NCBI GenBank assembly: GCA_963709585.1
Contig: CAVPXI010000005.1
Span: 64,001-128,000, forward strand
Direction of reading: 5' to 3'
Length of the DNA: 64,000 bases
Source: Candidatus Dormiibacterota bacterium
GTDB taxonomy: Bacteria; Chloroflexota; Dormibacteria; Aeolococcales; Aeolococcaceae
Made by a program: the position numbers and the translations under genes. Numbering within the stretch: the first letter of the stretch is position 1; every line of letters begins with the position of its first letter. Below are positions 1 to 9,656 of this stretch, piece after piece. A model generated the notes under the pieces. The model searched no databases and was not told where the DNA came from. It saw only the letters and a program-made list of their open reading frames with translations.

Positions 1-1331
1 TTGACGGTGGTGGCGAAATCGCTGCCGCTGATAACGAGTTGGCTCGATTGCGCTGTTGCCGCCACAGCGGTGGACGCGACCGGCGGTGCAACATTCACGA
101 GTGTCGCGGCGACGAGCACAACCGCCGCGCCGATCACGACCTCCGTCGATCCGACCCGACGCAGTCCGCGCAGCACGGTCGACGAGTGGGGTACGTTGCC
201 GAAGCGATTGATCGCGCCGAGGCCGGCCAGTACAAGAAACAGCGCCACCTTCACCAACACCAGGACCCCGAAGGCGGTGCCGAACAGCTGGCCGATCGAT
301 CCGATTTCGATGACGGCGCGGAACGTGCCGGTCAGCGCGACGATCACGATGGCGATGCCTGCGATCGTTGAGAAACGGCGGACCCCCCGACCTTTGACGC
401 CCGACGGTTGGCCCCGTACAGCGAGGAGGAGGGTCAACAGCCCGCCAATCCAGGCCCCGCCCACCAGGGTGTGGGCCCACTGCGCAACGAGGTTGATCGC
501 CACCGGCGTCTGCGCTCCCGCGTGGCTCGCAGCGACATCCACCCACATCGAGGTCGCTGCGCCGAGGCCCGCCAGGGCGAGAGCGGCACGCGATGCGACC
601 GAAGGTGCAATCGACATGACGGCGACAGCCATGCCGGTTACCGCGATGGCCGCGACGCGCTCGACAGCGATCATCCCGAGCGACGTCGAGAACAGGGAGC
701 CGAAGCTCACGCCCGCAGCCTCGCGTTGCGCTTCGACGATGCCGGCGACCCCGAGTGCGCCTGCCAGCCACAATGCGCCGAGCGTTGAGGTGGCGAACTT
801 CGGGATGTCTCGCAGCGCAATCAGGCATGTCGATGCTACGCCCACGATCCCCATCACGCCGATGAAGAAGAGCCATCGCGCGACGACCGCCAGCACAGAC
901 GGCGGCGGCGAAACAACCGACTTGCTGGCGCGCGTGTTGGCGCTCGCGGCGGACTCGCCAACACCAAACGCGTATGCGCCGGTGGCGAGGTGACCATCAG
1001 TCTCAGACACAGTTTTCCATGTCACCGTGTACACACCGTTGCCGATCGGCCTGAGGGGGACCTCGAGCTCCAGCGGGTGACCCGGGACGACGACCGTCGG
1101 GCCGGCGTCGACGCTCACCCCTGAGCTGTTGATCACGGTGATGCTGGAAAGCTTCGGGTCTGGCGTTTCACCGAACGTGATCTCCACAACTTTCGGTGCG
1201 GTCTGGACCTCGGCGCCCTCGGGCGGAATCGCGCTCTGCGGCAGCGCATGAGCGGCCGCGGTCAGGGGCAGCGCAAGAGCTGCCCCGACCGCCATCGTCG
1301 CGGCGACGATGAACGACCGCCGTGCCCGCAT
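1..1331 (-). CDS. Copper resistance CopC/CopD-type fusion protein (partial, runs off window start)
   Basis: Manual translation from ATG 1331: MRARRSFIVAATMAVGAALALPLTAAA|HALPQSAIPPEG...ITFGETPDP...GVYTVTWKTVSETDGHLATGAYAFGVG, a CopC signature with His1 and DGH, followed by hydrophobic segments. Absent from the ORF track because it has no stop in the window. Confidence 0.85.
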   Translation of the reverse strand, partial: MRARRSFIVAATMAVGAALALPLTAAAHALPQSAIPPEGAEVQTAPKVVEITFGETPDPKLSSITVINSSGVSVDAGPTVVVPGHPLELEVPLRPIGNGVYTVTWKTVSETDGHLATGAYAFGVGESAASANTRASKSVVSPPPSVLAVVARWLFFIGVMGIVGVASTCLIALRDIPKFATSTLGALWLAGALGVAGIVEAQREAAGVSFGSLFSTSLGMIAVERVAAIAVTGMAVAVMSIAPSVASRAALALAGLGAATSMWVDVAASHAGAQTPVAINLVAQWAHTLVGGAWIGGLLTLLLAVRGQPSGVKGRGVRRFSTIAGIAIVIVALTGTFRAVIEIGSIGQLFGTAFGVLVLVKVALFLVLAGLGAINRFGNVPHSSTVLRGLRRVGSTEVVIGAAVVLVAATLVNVAPPVASTAVAATAQSSQLVISGSDFATTV

Positions 1332-1333
1332 CG

Positions 1334-2062
1334 CTACGGGCTCCTGCGGCGCAACCCTATCGCCAGATTGAGTGCGCTGAGGAGCACCGCCACGATGATC
1401 GCGATGATCGCGAGTGTTGTTGCCCCTGAGGCGCTCGTCTTCGCGTCGCCGGCCGTTGTTGACGCGGACTGTGCGCTCACCAGCGCACTCGCCGCGCGCT
1501 GGCTTACGGCGCTGACCTTGGTTGCAACGGCCGCGGCTGCCGGTATGACCACCGGGAACTGGACAGCGCTCGAATCCGCGATGGAGTCGAACGTCGTCGG
1601 GCCGGACGAAATTGTCTGGTTGACTGGGACGCCGTTGATGGTGCCGAAGACGCGAAAGGTGTACGTCCCGACCACGGTCGGGATGAGCGCGTAGTCGTAT
1701 TCGTCGCGCCTGCCGTTACCGGTATCAGAATCGTAGAGGGGCACCGGGCAGAACGGGCTACTCGTCGTGCTCCCCACCGTCACCGTGACCTGGAGATCGG
1801 GATGCGTGCAATCCTGGTTGAGCGTGCTGACGGGGGTCCCGATTGGGTTAGTGGCCGACGGGATGTCGACGAATACCTGGATCGCGTTTGGGGCGCCGAC
1901 GTAGGTGTCGGTGCCGCCGGCAGGCTCGAATTGCCATCCGATTGCAATCCGGTACTTCCCCGCCGTGAAGACGTAGTGCGCCGATGCGACTGCGAACGAT
2001 GTTGCCAGTGCGAGCAGCGCCGCGGCGACAACCGCGAGCGCTCGGAGGCTGGTTTTCCCCAC
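1334..2062 (-). CDS. Secreted, C-terminally membrane-anchored protein with His at mature position 1 (putative copper-binding, YcnI-like architecture)
   Basis: Signal peptide ending AVASA|HYVF, beta-rich core with two Cys, Ala/Ser linker, C-terminal TM helix plus RRR. SD GAGGAG at 2070-2075. Confidence 0.7.
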   Translation of the reverse strand: MGKTSLRALAVVAAALLALATSFAVASAHYVFTAGKYRIAIGWQFEPAGGTDTYVGAPNAIQVFVDIPSATNPIGTPVSTLNQDCTHPDLQVTVTVGSTTSSPFCPVPLYDSDTGNGRRDEYDYALIPTVVGTYTFRVFGTINGVPVNQTISSGPTTFDSIADSSAVQFPVVIPAAAAVATKVSAVSQRAASALVSAQSASTTAGDAKTSASGATTLAIIAIIVAVLLSALNLAIGLRRRSP

Positions 2063-2073
2063 GTGATATCTCC

Positions 2074-2109
2074 TCGTTGGTGAACGATCGAAGGTGAGCC
2101 GAAGCTCAC
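2074..2109 (-). promoter_or_regulatory. Two intergenic hairpins: a C(UUCG)G stem-loop and a stem overlapping the downstream SD
   Basis: Minus strand GTGAGC-TTCG-GCTCAC (2094-2109) and TCGTT-CACC-AACGA (2074-2087); the second overlaps GAGGAG. Confidence 0.55.
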
Positions 2110-2118
2110 GGACGTCGG

Positions 2119-2823
2119 TCAGATGCCGAGGAGCAGCGGCGGCGGCCTTCGCCAGAGATGCCGTCCCAGCCGGTCGAGTGGGGTGACGGCGAGAGCACGT
2201 GGACGGGGAACGACGACGGGTGCGCTCCGCCGGCGCCTGACGATGGCGCGCAGGAGTGCCTCCACCCGCTCGACGGCGACCTCGCGGCGGTGGAACAAAA
2301 CCTGGCAGATGCGGACCACGCAGGCGAGCAGCAGCGACACGTAGAGGTGGACGAGTGGGGCGGCCCAGTGGATCCCGCTGATCGCGCCCAATCCTGGCGC
2401 CGGCTGGGAGCGCGCCACCGCCTCCACGTTCTCCTGGACGAGGTACAGGGCGATCTGGGCGGCCGCGAGCGGCAGCCAGATGGCCGCCAGGCGAGTTCCC
2501 GGCGTCGATCGGGGCGAGCGCGCCCCGGCCCCGCTATCGGCTCGTCCGCGCCAGATGCGGCGCACGCCCGCCGCGGCGCGGTCGAGTCGGTCGTTCAGCG
2601 CCTGCCACGCTCGCGCCAGGCGGAACGCGAAGACGGCGCCGAGCACCACAAGGGCGCCGGCCACCGGGAGCATGTAGGCGTGGACCGGGTTGGTTATGGA
2701 CTCGACGATGCCGGCCAGCCCCCAGACCCGGAGGTACTCGACCGTGTGGCCGATGAACAGTCCAACCAGCGCGAGGAGCACGCCGCCTGATGCGGCAACC
2801 CTCGTCTGCCGATGTGCGATCAC
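2119..2823 (-). CDS. His-rich membrane protein with C-terminal RRPPP (putative regulatory leader)
   Basis: C-terminal half of ORF 2119..3501. GTG 2823 lies 6 nt after TATGCT. About 4 TM segments, with GHTVEY, HAYM, QENVE and HWAAPLVH. Confidence 0.7.
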   Translation of the reverse strand: MIAHRQTRVAASGGVLLALVGLFIGHTVEYLRVWGLAGIVESITNPVHAYMLPVAGALVVLGAVFAFRLARAWQALNDRLDRAAAGVRRIWRGRADSGAGARSPRSTPGTRLAAIWLPLAAAQIALYLVQENVEAVARSQPAPGLGAISGIHWAAPLVHLYVSLLLACVVRICQVLFHRREVAVERVEALLRAIVRRRRSAPVVVPRPRALAVTPLDRLGRHLWRRPPPLLLGI

Positions 2824-2950
2824 GCCGGGAGCATACGCTCGCCCAGGCGGGTCAAGCGAGCCATAATTGGCGCCGCGCCCGGCCGGCCGATGGTCGCCGG
2901 CGTGCGCGAATCTGCCGTCAAGCACCCGTTGCCGAGAGCGAGGATTGCGG

Positions 2951-3607
2951 ATGAAACCCTCGGGGAGCCTCGGAGCCCTCACTCGATCCAAGCGCGGGCA
3001 GGCGCTGATCGTTTCCCTCGCACTTGCGGGTGGGCTTGGCATCGGGGCGCTGATGTCCATGACGGTGCACCCGCGCGCCGCGACCACGAGTGCCCCATTG
3101 GAGATCACGCCCTCTGCGAACATCATCGGCTCGCCACTGACACGCCAGCCGACGCCTCCGCTGACGGGGCTCGTCGACCAGAACGGCCAGCCAGTTTCAC
3201 TGGCAGACGAGAAGGGCCACGTCGTGCTCGTGGCATTCATGGACCCGCTGTGCGTCAACCTCTGCCCGCTCCTCGGTCGTGACATCGTCGCCGTGGAGCA
3301 GGCACTGCCCAAGGGGATGAATCCAGTTCTGCTCATCGTCAGCGTCGTCGCCGACCGCACGTCGGCGGACGTGGCGCAGTTCATCCGCACGAACCTCACA
3401 ACCAAGTGGGATCCCGGCTGGCACTGGCTGCTCGGACCCGACGCCGAGCTGAAGATCACCTGGTTGAAATGGGGTGAGCCGATCGAACCGCCGCACACCA
3501 ATTACCTCGAGGTCATCGACCCACAGGGGTACGTCCGCGTGATCTACCCAGCGCCGCTCTTTGTGAGCGATGTCGTGCACGCGATCACGGTGGTAGCGCA
3601 CGAATAG
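2951..3607 (+). CDS. SCO1/SenC family copper chaperone
   Basis: N-terminal TM, LVDQNGQPVSL, CxxxC motif (DPLCVNLCP), distal His (PPHT), thioredoxin-like tail IDPQG. Confidence 0.85.
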   Translation: MKPSGSLGALTRSKRGQALIVSLALAGGLGIGALMSMTVHPRAATTSAPLEITPSANIIGSPLTRQPTPPLTGLVDQNGQPVSLADEKGHVVLVAFMDPLCVNLCPLLGRDIVAVEQALPKGMNPVLLIVSVVADRTSADVAQFIRTNLTTKWDPGWHWLLGPDAELKITWLKWGEPIEPPHTNYLEVIDPQGYVRVIYPAPLFVSDVVHAITVVAHE

Positions 3608-3677
3608 CCGCTGAGGCAAGCCGCAACAGCGAGGCACAGTTGAGAGGAAGGCCGCTTTTGCGCTAAGGTCGCGGCCT

Positions 3678-4097
3678 ATGCCGACGTACAAGATGGGTCA
3701 GGCCGCCGATCTCCTCGGCGTGAGCGTCGATACGGTTCGTCGCTGGGCCGACGCCGGACGCATCGATACGGTGCGCACCGAGGGCGGCCACCGGCTGGTC
3801 GACGGCGTCGCTCTGGCGAGGTTTGCCGTCAAGCTCGCCAGCAATCACCCGGCCGTGCCCGTGACCGAATCGGCGCGCAATCACTTCCTCGGGCTGGTCA
3901 CCGACGTTGCCACCGACGGCGTGATGGCGCACGTCAAGCTTCAGGCGGGGCCGTTCCGGGTCAGCTCATTGATCAGCAGCGAGGCGGTCGCCGAGCTCGG
4001 CCTCGAGCCCGGAATGCTCGCCGTCGCTTCCGTCAAAGCCACCAACGTGGTGATCGAGCTGCCTCCACCCGCAGAGCCACAACCGAGGAAGACGTGA
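3678..4097 (+). CDS. HTH (MerR/excisionase-like) plus TOBE molybdate-responsive regulator
   Basis: AADLLGVSVDTVRRW HTH followed by the SARN...VKATNV TOBE/Mop motif; directly upstream of modA. Confidence 0.88.
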   Translation: MPTYKMGQAADLLGVSVDTVRRWADAGRIDTVRTEGGHRLVDGVALARFAVKLASNHPAVPVTESARNHFLGLVTDVATDGVMAHVKLQAGPFRVSSLISSEAVAELGLEPGMLAVASVKATNVVIELPPPAEPQPRKT

Positions 4098-4876
4098 AGC
4101 TCAGAAGTCGCACGATCCTGCTTTCTGGCACCGCGGTAATCGCGCTTGCGGCGTGCGGCTCGAGTCCATCCAGCGGTCCGTCAGCCTCGCCCGATCCACT
4201 CAGCGGGTCGATCACCGTGTTCGCCGCGTCCTCACTGACCTCCACGTTCAACACGGCGGAGAAGGGTCTAGAACTCGATCATCCCGGCTTCGCGGCTCAG
4301 TATTCCTACGGCAGCTCGCAGACGCTGGTCACCCAGATCATCAACGGCGCGCCGGCCGACGTCATCGCGACAGCGAACACCACCACGATGCAGCAACTTG
4401 TCGCCAAGGGACTGGTCAACACCCCGCAGGCCTTCTGCAAGAACAAGCTCGAAATCATCGTCGCGCCAGGAAACCCAAAGAACATCAAGACCCTCGCCGA
4501 CCTCGCCACTCCAGGTCTCGCCGTCGTCCTCGCCGCGGCCGGCGTTCCTGTGGGCGACTATGCGGCCAAGGCCCTGAAGGCAGCGCACATCACGCTCACG
4601 CCGAAGTCACTCCAGCTCGACGACGCAGTCGTGGTCGAACAGGTCGAATCCGGTAATGCCGACGCGGGCCTGGTCTTCGTGACCGACGTCGTCAGCGCGG
4701 GCAGCAAGGTCACCGGCGTCCCGATACCCGATGCGCAGAACGTGATCGGCACGTATGAGATCGCCGCGCTGAAGGCGAGCACGAACGTGGCGGCAGCCGA
4801 GGCGTTTGCGACCTCGGCGGTGTCGGGCGACGTGCAGACCCAGCTGCTGGCTGACGGGTTCTTGAAGGCCTCATGA
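4094..4876 (+). CDS. modA: Molybdate ABC transporter substrate-binding lipoprotein
   Basis: Lipobox LAAC, VFAASSL, YGSSQTL, VPVGDYA. Confidence 0.93.
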   Translation: MKLRSRTILLSGTAVIALAACGSSPSSGPSASPDPLSGSITVFAASSLTSTFNTAEKGLELDHPGFAAQYSYGSSQTLVTQIINGAPADVIATANTTTMQQLVAKGLVNTPQAFCKNKLEIIVAPGNPKNIKTLADLATPGLAVVLAAAGVPVGDYAAKALKAAHITLTPKSLQLDDAVVVEQVESGNADAGLVFVTDVVSAGSKVTGVPIPDAQNVIGTYEIAALKASTNVAAAEAFATSAVSGDVQTQLLADGFLKAS

Positions 4877-5673
4877 CCCGGGGCGTCACGCGACGCCCCC
4901 TTGTCGGTCTCCTGATCCCGGCCGCGGTGGCGGTGCTGTTCATCGCGCTGCCGCTGATCGGACTGCTCGTCCACGTCGACTGGAGCAACCTCCCGTCGCA
5001 GCTGGTGTCAGCCGATGTGCTCACCGCCCTCCGGCTCTCCCTCGAGTGCTCGATCATCGCGGTGGCGATCTCGCTGGTGATCGGTGTCCCGCTGGCGTAT
5101 CTGCTGGCGCGCACATCGATTCCGGGACGCCGGTTGCTCCGCGGGCTGGTGACCCTGCCACTCGTGCTGCCACCAGTGGTCGGCGGGATCGCATTGCAGA
5201 CGGCCCTCGGCCGGACCACGCCCGTCGGGACGGTGCTGGACCACTTCGGGATCGTGCTTCCGTTCAGCACCGCTGGGGCGGCGATCGCCGAGGCGTTCGT
5301 CGGCTTTCCCTTCCTGGTGATCACCGTCGAGGCCGGGCTCCGGCAGCGCGACGACAGCTTCGAGGAGGTCGCCGCGACCCTCGGTGCCCGGCCATGGCGG
5401 CGGTTCTGGCGGGTGACCATGCCTCTGGCAGCGCCGTCGATCGCCGCCGGTGCCGCACTCTGCTGGGCCCGGGCATTGGGCGAGTTCGGTGCCACGATCA
5501 CGTTCGCGGGGAGTTTTCCGGGAACCACCGAAACGCTCCCGATCGCCGCCTACAGCTCGTTCGAAGGGTCGGGACAGATCGGCATGGCGATCACGCTGTC
5601 CCTCCTGCTGCTCGCGATCTCGGTCCTGGTGCTGGTTGTGCTGCGTGACCGCTGGCTCGGTGCCCTGCGGTGA
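4873..5673 (+). CDS. modB: Molybdate ABC transporter permease
   Basis: LPLVLPPVVGG, EAA-like loop EEVAATLGA, WARALGEFGAT. Confidence 0.93.
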   Translation: MTRGVTRRPLVGLLIPAAVAVLFIALPLIGLLVHVDWSNLPSQLVSADVLTALRLSLECSIIAVAISLVIGVPLAYLLARTSIPGRRLLRGLVTLPLVLPPVVGGIALQTALGRTTPVGTVLDHFGIVLPFSTAGAAIAEAFVGFPFLVITVEAGLRQRDDSFEEVAATLGARPWRRFWRVTMPLAAPSIAAGAALCWARALGEFGATITFAGSFPGTTETLPIAAYSSFEGSGQIGMAITLSLLLLAISVLVLVVLRDRWLGALR

Positions 5674-6723
5674 CCCTTCACGCGCGAAGTCCGCACCCAG
5701 CTTGGAACGCTCGGTCTCGATTGCGATCTCTCGGTCGACGCCGGGGTCACGGTCGCGGTGCTCGGACCAAACGGTGCCGGCAAGACGACCCTGCTCCGGG
5801 TGATCGCGGGGCTGGTGCCGGTCGACGAAGGACGGGTCGAGTGTGACGGAGCCGTGTTCGAGGACACCGCCACCGGCGCGTGGCTGACGCCTGAAGCGCG
5901 CCGGGTCGGATTCGTGTTCCAGGACCATGGACTGTTCCCGCACATCAGCGTGCTCGACAATGTCGCCTTCGGTCTGCGTGCCCGCGGCGTCGATCGGAAG
6001 ACGGCAAACGCGAAGGCGCACGAGTGGCTCGCGCGGGTGGAGCTCGCGACATACGCGACGAGCCGCCCGTCGGTGCTGAGCGGCGGCCAGTCGCAGCGGG
6101 CGGCGCTGGCGCGCGTCCTGGTCACCGAACCCCAGGCACTGCTGCTCGACGAACCGCTTGCCGCCGTCGACGCCTCGGGACGCCTCGAGCTTCGCCGCGC
6201 GCTTCGCGAGCACCTCTCCTCATTCGCCGGTGTGCGTCTGATCGTGACCCACGATCCGCTCGAGGCGGCGTCGCTCGCCGAGCGCGTCGTCGTCCTCGAG
6301 GATGGTCGCGTCACCCAGGAGGGAACGTTCGGCGAGGTGTCGGCGCGTCCGCAATCGGCATGGATCGCCCGGATGGCAGGGCTGAACCTGCTCCGCGGCG
6401 CAGTGTCGGACGGCACGATCCTCCTCGATGACGGTTCCCGTCTCACCGTGGCCATCGACATCCGGGGCCCCGCGCTGGCAACCATCCACCCTCGTGCCGT
6501 GGCCCTGTACCGCCAGGCCCCGGAGGGCAGCCCGCGCAACGTCCTGCGCTGCAAGGTCGCCGGGGTCGACCCGGAAGGTGACCGCTGGCGGATCCGCCTC
6601 GACGGCCCTTTCCCTCTCGTCGCTGAAGTGACTCCGGGGGCGGCCGCGGATCTGCGCCTCGCTGAGGGAGGCGAGGTGTTCGCGGTGGTCAAGGCAACCG
6701 AGATCGACGTCTATTCCCTGTGA
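5670..6723 (+). CDS. modC: Molybdate ABC transporter ATPase with TOBE domain (+1 frameshift near 5686-5691)
   Basis: GPNGAGKT, LSGGQ, LLLDEP and C-terminal VKATE. The GTG at 5670 overlapping the modB stop becomes in-frame if one base of GAAGTC is removed. Confidence 0.9.
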
Positions 6724-6783
6724 GCCTACGCGTGAGCTCGTCGCGGCTTGACCGCACTGCCGCGAACTCGTCACCCTGGGTGC

Positions 6784-7677
6784 ATGAGCGGACCGGCCGA
6801 TGCCGCGCAGCCGGCTTCGGTCGACGCGATCGTCGACCTGCTGGCGGCGAACGATTACCTGTGCGACCGGCGGCTGGCGACGGCAATCCTCGTGGCGATG
6901 CGCATCAACAAACCGCTCTTCCTCGAAGGCGAAGCCGGGGTGGGCAAGACCGAGGCGGCGCGGGCGCTGGCCGCCGGTCTCGGGGCCCGCCTGATCCGTC
7001 TGCAGTGCTACGAGGGCATCGACCTCGCCCACGCCGCGTACGAGTGGAACTACGCGCGCCAGTTGCTCCATATCCGGCTGGTCGGCGAGCGCGAGGATCG
7101 CGCCCGCGCCGAGCAGGACGTGTTCGGGCCGGAGTTCCTGCTCCGGCGTCCGCTGCTCGACGCCATCGACAACCACGACGCAGTCGCGCCGGTGCTGCTC
7201 ATCGACGAGATCGACAGGTCGGATGAGGAGTTCGAGGCCTTCCTCCTCGAGATCCTCGCCGACTTCGCGATCAGCATTCCCGAGCTGGGGACCATCCGCG
7301 CGGCGCATCCACCGCTGGTGATCCTCACCGGGAATCGCACACGCGAGGTCCACGACGCGCTCAAGCGACGCTGCCTGTACCACTGGATCGACTACCCGGA
7401 CCTCGAGCGTGAGGTTGCCATCGTGCGCGTCCGCGCACCCGAGGTCTCTGAACGGCTCGGCCGTCAGGTTGCGGAGGTCACCCAGCGACTGCGGGGACTC
7501 GATCTCTACAAAGTGCCAGGAGTGGCAGAAACGGTTGACTGGGCGCGCGCGCTCGCCGCTCTGGGGCACACCGATGCGACGCCCGCCGCGCTCCGGGAGA
7601 CCATGGGTGCGGCGATCAAGCACCAGGAGGACGTCGAGCGCAGCGAGGAGGCGATCGCGGAGCACGCGGGGCTGTGA
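6784..7677 (+). CDS. coxD: MoxR-family AAA+ ATPase, CoxD-like
   Basis: LEGEAGVGKT, RLQCYEGID, LLIDEIDR, DALKRRCLY. Confidence 0.88.
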   Translation: MSGPADAAQPASVDAIVDLLAANDYLCDRRLATAILVAMRINKPLFLEGEAGVGKTEAARALAAGLGARLIRLQCYEGIDLAHAAYEWNYARQLLHIRLVGEREDRARAEQDVFGPEFLLRRPLLDAIDNHDAVAPVLLIDEIDRSDEEFEAFLLEILADFAISIPELGTIRAAHPPLVILTGNRTREVHDALKRRCLYHWIDYPDLEREVAIVRVRAPEVSERLGRQVAEVTQRLRGLDLYKVPGVAETVDWARALAALGHTDATPAALRETMGAAIKHQEDVERSEEAIAEHAGL

Positions 7678-8885
7678 TCGGTCACGCTCCGGATCCAGTC
7701 GAGAGCGTGACGCTCTTCGCGCGTCTGCTCCGCGACGCGGGCCTCACCACCGGTCCGCAGCGCGTCCGCGACGCGTGCGAGGCCCTGCTCGCGATCGATC
7801 TGGAGCGGCCGGACGAGGTCCGCTATGCGCTGCGCGTGGTGTTCGTGACCCGGCGCGAGGAGGGTCCCGTGTTCGACGCGGCGTTCGATCTCTTCTTCTC
7901 CCGGCCGGGCGGCGAAGGCAAGGCCGGCTCCATCCCCGGACGCAGCCGCCCGCTGGCGCTGGATCCCAAACAGGCACTCGCCTGGATGAACGCCCTCGGT
8001 CTGTCGTCGCCCAGCGTTGCCCGTGAGATCGAGGGACCGCCGGCCTCGAGCACCGGGTACAGCGCCGAGGAGTTGCTCCGCCGGCGCGACTTTCGCGAGA
8101 TGAGCTGGGACGAGCTCGCGGCAGTGCGCCGGCTGCTCCGCCAGTCGCCGTGGCGAGTCGCGGAGCGACGGACCCGGCGCCTGCGCGCCGATCGTCGCGG
8201 CACCGTGGAGCTCCGCCGCACCATGCGAGCCGCGGCGCGCCAGGGAGGCGACGCGCATCGCCTCGCCCGCGCGAGCGCGCGGACCAAGCGCCGGCCGATC
8301 GTGATCCTCTGCGACGTCAGCGGTTCGATGGATCGGTACTCGCGTCACCTGCTCGTCTTCGCGCACGCGATCGGCAGGCGCGAGCGCGTCGAGACTTTCG
8401 CGTTTTCGACACATCTGACCAGAATCACGCATCTGCTCCGTCACGGCGACATCAACTCGGCGCTCGATCACGTCGCGAGCCAGGTGCACGACATTGGCGG
8501 CGGGACGCGCATCGCCGACGCCCTGCACACCTTCCAACGCGACCATGCGCGCCGCGTGCTCGGCCACGGCGCGGTGGTCCTGATCATCAGCGACGGCTGG
8601 GATCGGGGTGACCCCGATCAGCTCGGTCGCGAGATGGCCCGTCTCCGCCGCAGCTGCCACCGGCTGATCTGGCTCAACCCGCTGCTGGGCAGCTCGGCAT
8701 ACCTGCCCGAGACGCGTGGGATGGCGGCGGCGCTCCCCCACTGCGACGACTTCCTGAGCGCGCACAGCGTCGAAGCGCTCGACGCACTCGGAAAGTTGCT
8801 TGCTCAGCTCCCGCGACGCGTCAGCCGTTCGCCTCGCGGCGCCGGCGACGGGCTCGCCGGGCGCGACGGAACAGGAGCAGGCTGA
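7674..8885 (+). CDS. coxE: vWA-domain protein, CoxE-like
   Basis: MIDAS DVSGSM, GGGTRI, IISDGWDRG, LIWLNPL; overlaps the coxD stop. Confidence 0.88.
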   Translation: MIGHAPDPVESVTLFARLLRDAGLTTGPQRVRDACEALLAIDLERPDEVRYALRVVFVTRREEGPVFDAAFDLFFSRPGGEGKAGSIPGRSRPLALDPKQALAWMNALGLSSPSVAREIEGPPASSTGYSAEELLRRRDFREMSWDELAAVRRLLRQSPWRVAERRTRRLRADRRGTVELRRTMRAAARQGGDAHRLARASARTKRRPIVILCDVSGSMDRYSRHLLVFAHAIGRRERVETFAFSTHLTRITHLLRHGDINSALDHVASQVHDIGGGTRIADALHTFQRDHARRVLGHGAVVLIISDGWDRGDPDQLGREMARLRRSCHRLIWLNPLLGSSAYLPETRGMAAALPHCDDFLSAHSVEALDALGKLLAQLPRRVSRSPRGAGDGLAGRDGTGAG

Positions 8886-9585
8886 CCAATCCCGCGAACG
8901 CCATCGCGATCGTCTGAGGCCGCACCTTGATCCGGCTGATGCGCTCCTTGGCCACGGCGCGGCCGAGCGCCAACGCGTCGATCGCGGCGGGTGCGGATGC
9001 GGCCGGCGGCGGGGTGAATCCGGAACTGGATGCGGCCGGCGAGCGGGTGGGTCCGGCGGCGGAGGCGGACGACGAGGCGCTCGATCCCGCGCTCGATCCC
9101 GCCCCGGAGTCAGTGGCGGCCGGCGCCGCGCCGGGTGCCGGCGCCTCGAGCTTCGACTGGATGCACTCGGCAGCCTGTCCAACCAGGTGACGTGAGACGT
9201 CCTCCATGATGCCGCGTCCGAATTGAGCGACCCGCCCGACGACGGTGAAGTCGGTGGTCAGCGTCACCTTCGAGCTCTCGCCGTCGGCGGCGACCGCCAT
9301 GATCGTCGTGGCCTGGGCGGTGCCGGAGCCGGTGGTTTCGCGCCCTTCCGCCTCGAGGGTCGCCGTGCGCGTCGCGGAGTCGCGCGAGGTGATCCGGGCG
9401 GTGCCGTTGTAGTTCACCGTCACCGGTCCGACCTTGATCTTGACCTTGCCCTTGAAGGTGTTGGTGTCGACCACCTCGGAGAGCTCGGCGCCGGGAACGC
9501 AGCTCACGACGTTGTTGACGTCGAGCAGAAACTCGTACACGCGATCGGGCGCCGCCTTGACGGCGAAGGAGTTCTCGATTTGCAT
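8821..9585 (-). CDS. coxG: CoxG (SRPBCC) CODH membrane-anchoring protein
   Basis: MQIENSF...CVPGA...VKIKVGPV...GRVAQFGRG, Ala/Ser/Pro linker, C-terminal TM. Confidence 0.88.
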   Translation of the reverse strand: MQIENSFAVKAAPDRVYEFLLDVNNVVSCVPGAELSEVVDTNTFKGKVKIKVGPVTVNYNGTARITSRDSATRTATLEAEGRETTGSGTAQATTIMAVAADGESSKVTLTTDFTVVGRVAQFGRGIMEDVSRHLVGQAAECIQSKLEAPAPGAAPAATDSGAGSSAGSSASSSASAAGPTRSPAASSSGFTPPPAASAPAAIDALALGRAVAKERISRIKVRPQTIAMAFAGLVSLLLFRRARRARRRRREANG

Positions 9586-9656
9586 TCCCGGAATTGTGCG
9601 CCGCACGCAGGCATGCCGGCTTGTGGCCTTCGGCGGTGGAAGTGGATACTCATGTC

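Noticed and set aside
1-993. 330-aa plus-strand ORF and the many other long antisense ORFs (e.g. 42579..45485, 46850..48733, 13026..14900)
   Set aside because: Shadow ORFs of high-GC genes. The opposite strand carries the recognisable protein motifs.
2824-3501. N-terminal extension making the leader protein 460 aa
   Set aside because: It lies antisense to the SCO gene, and a -10 box sits just before GTG 2823.
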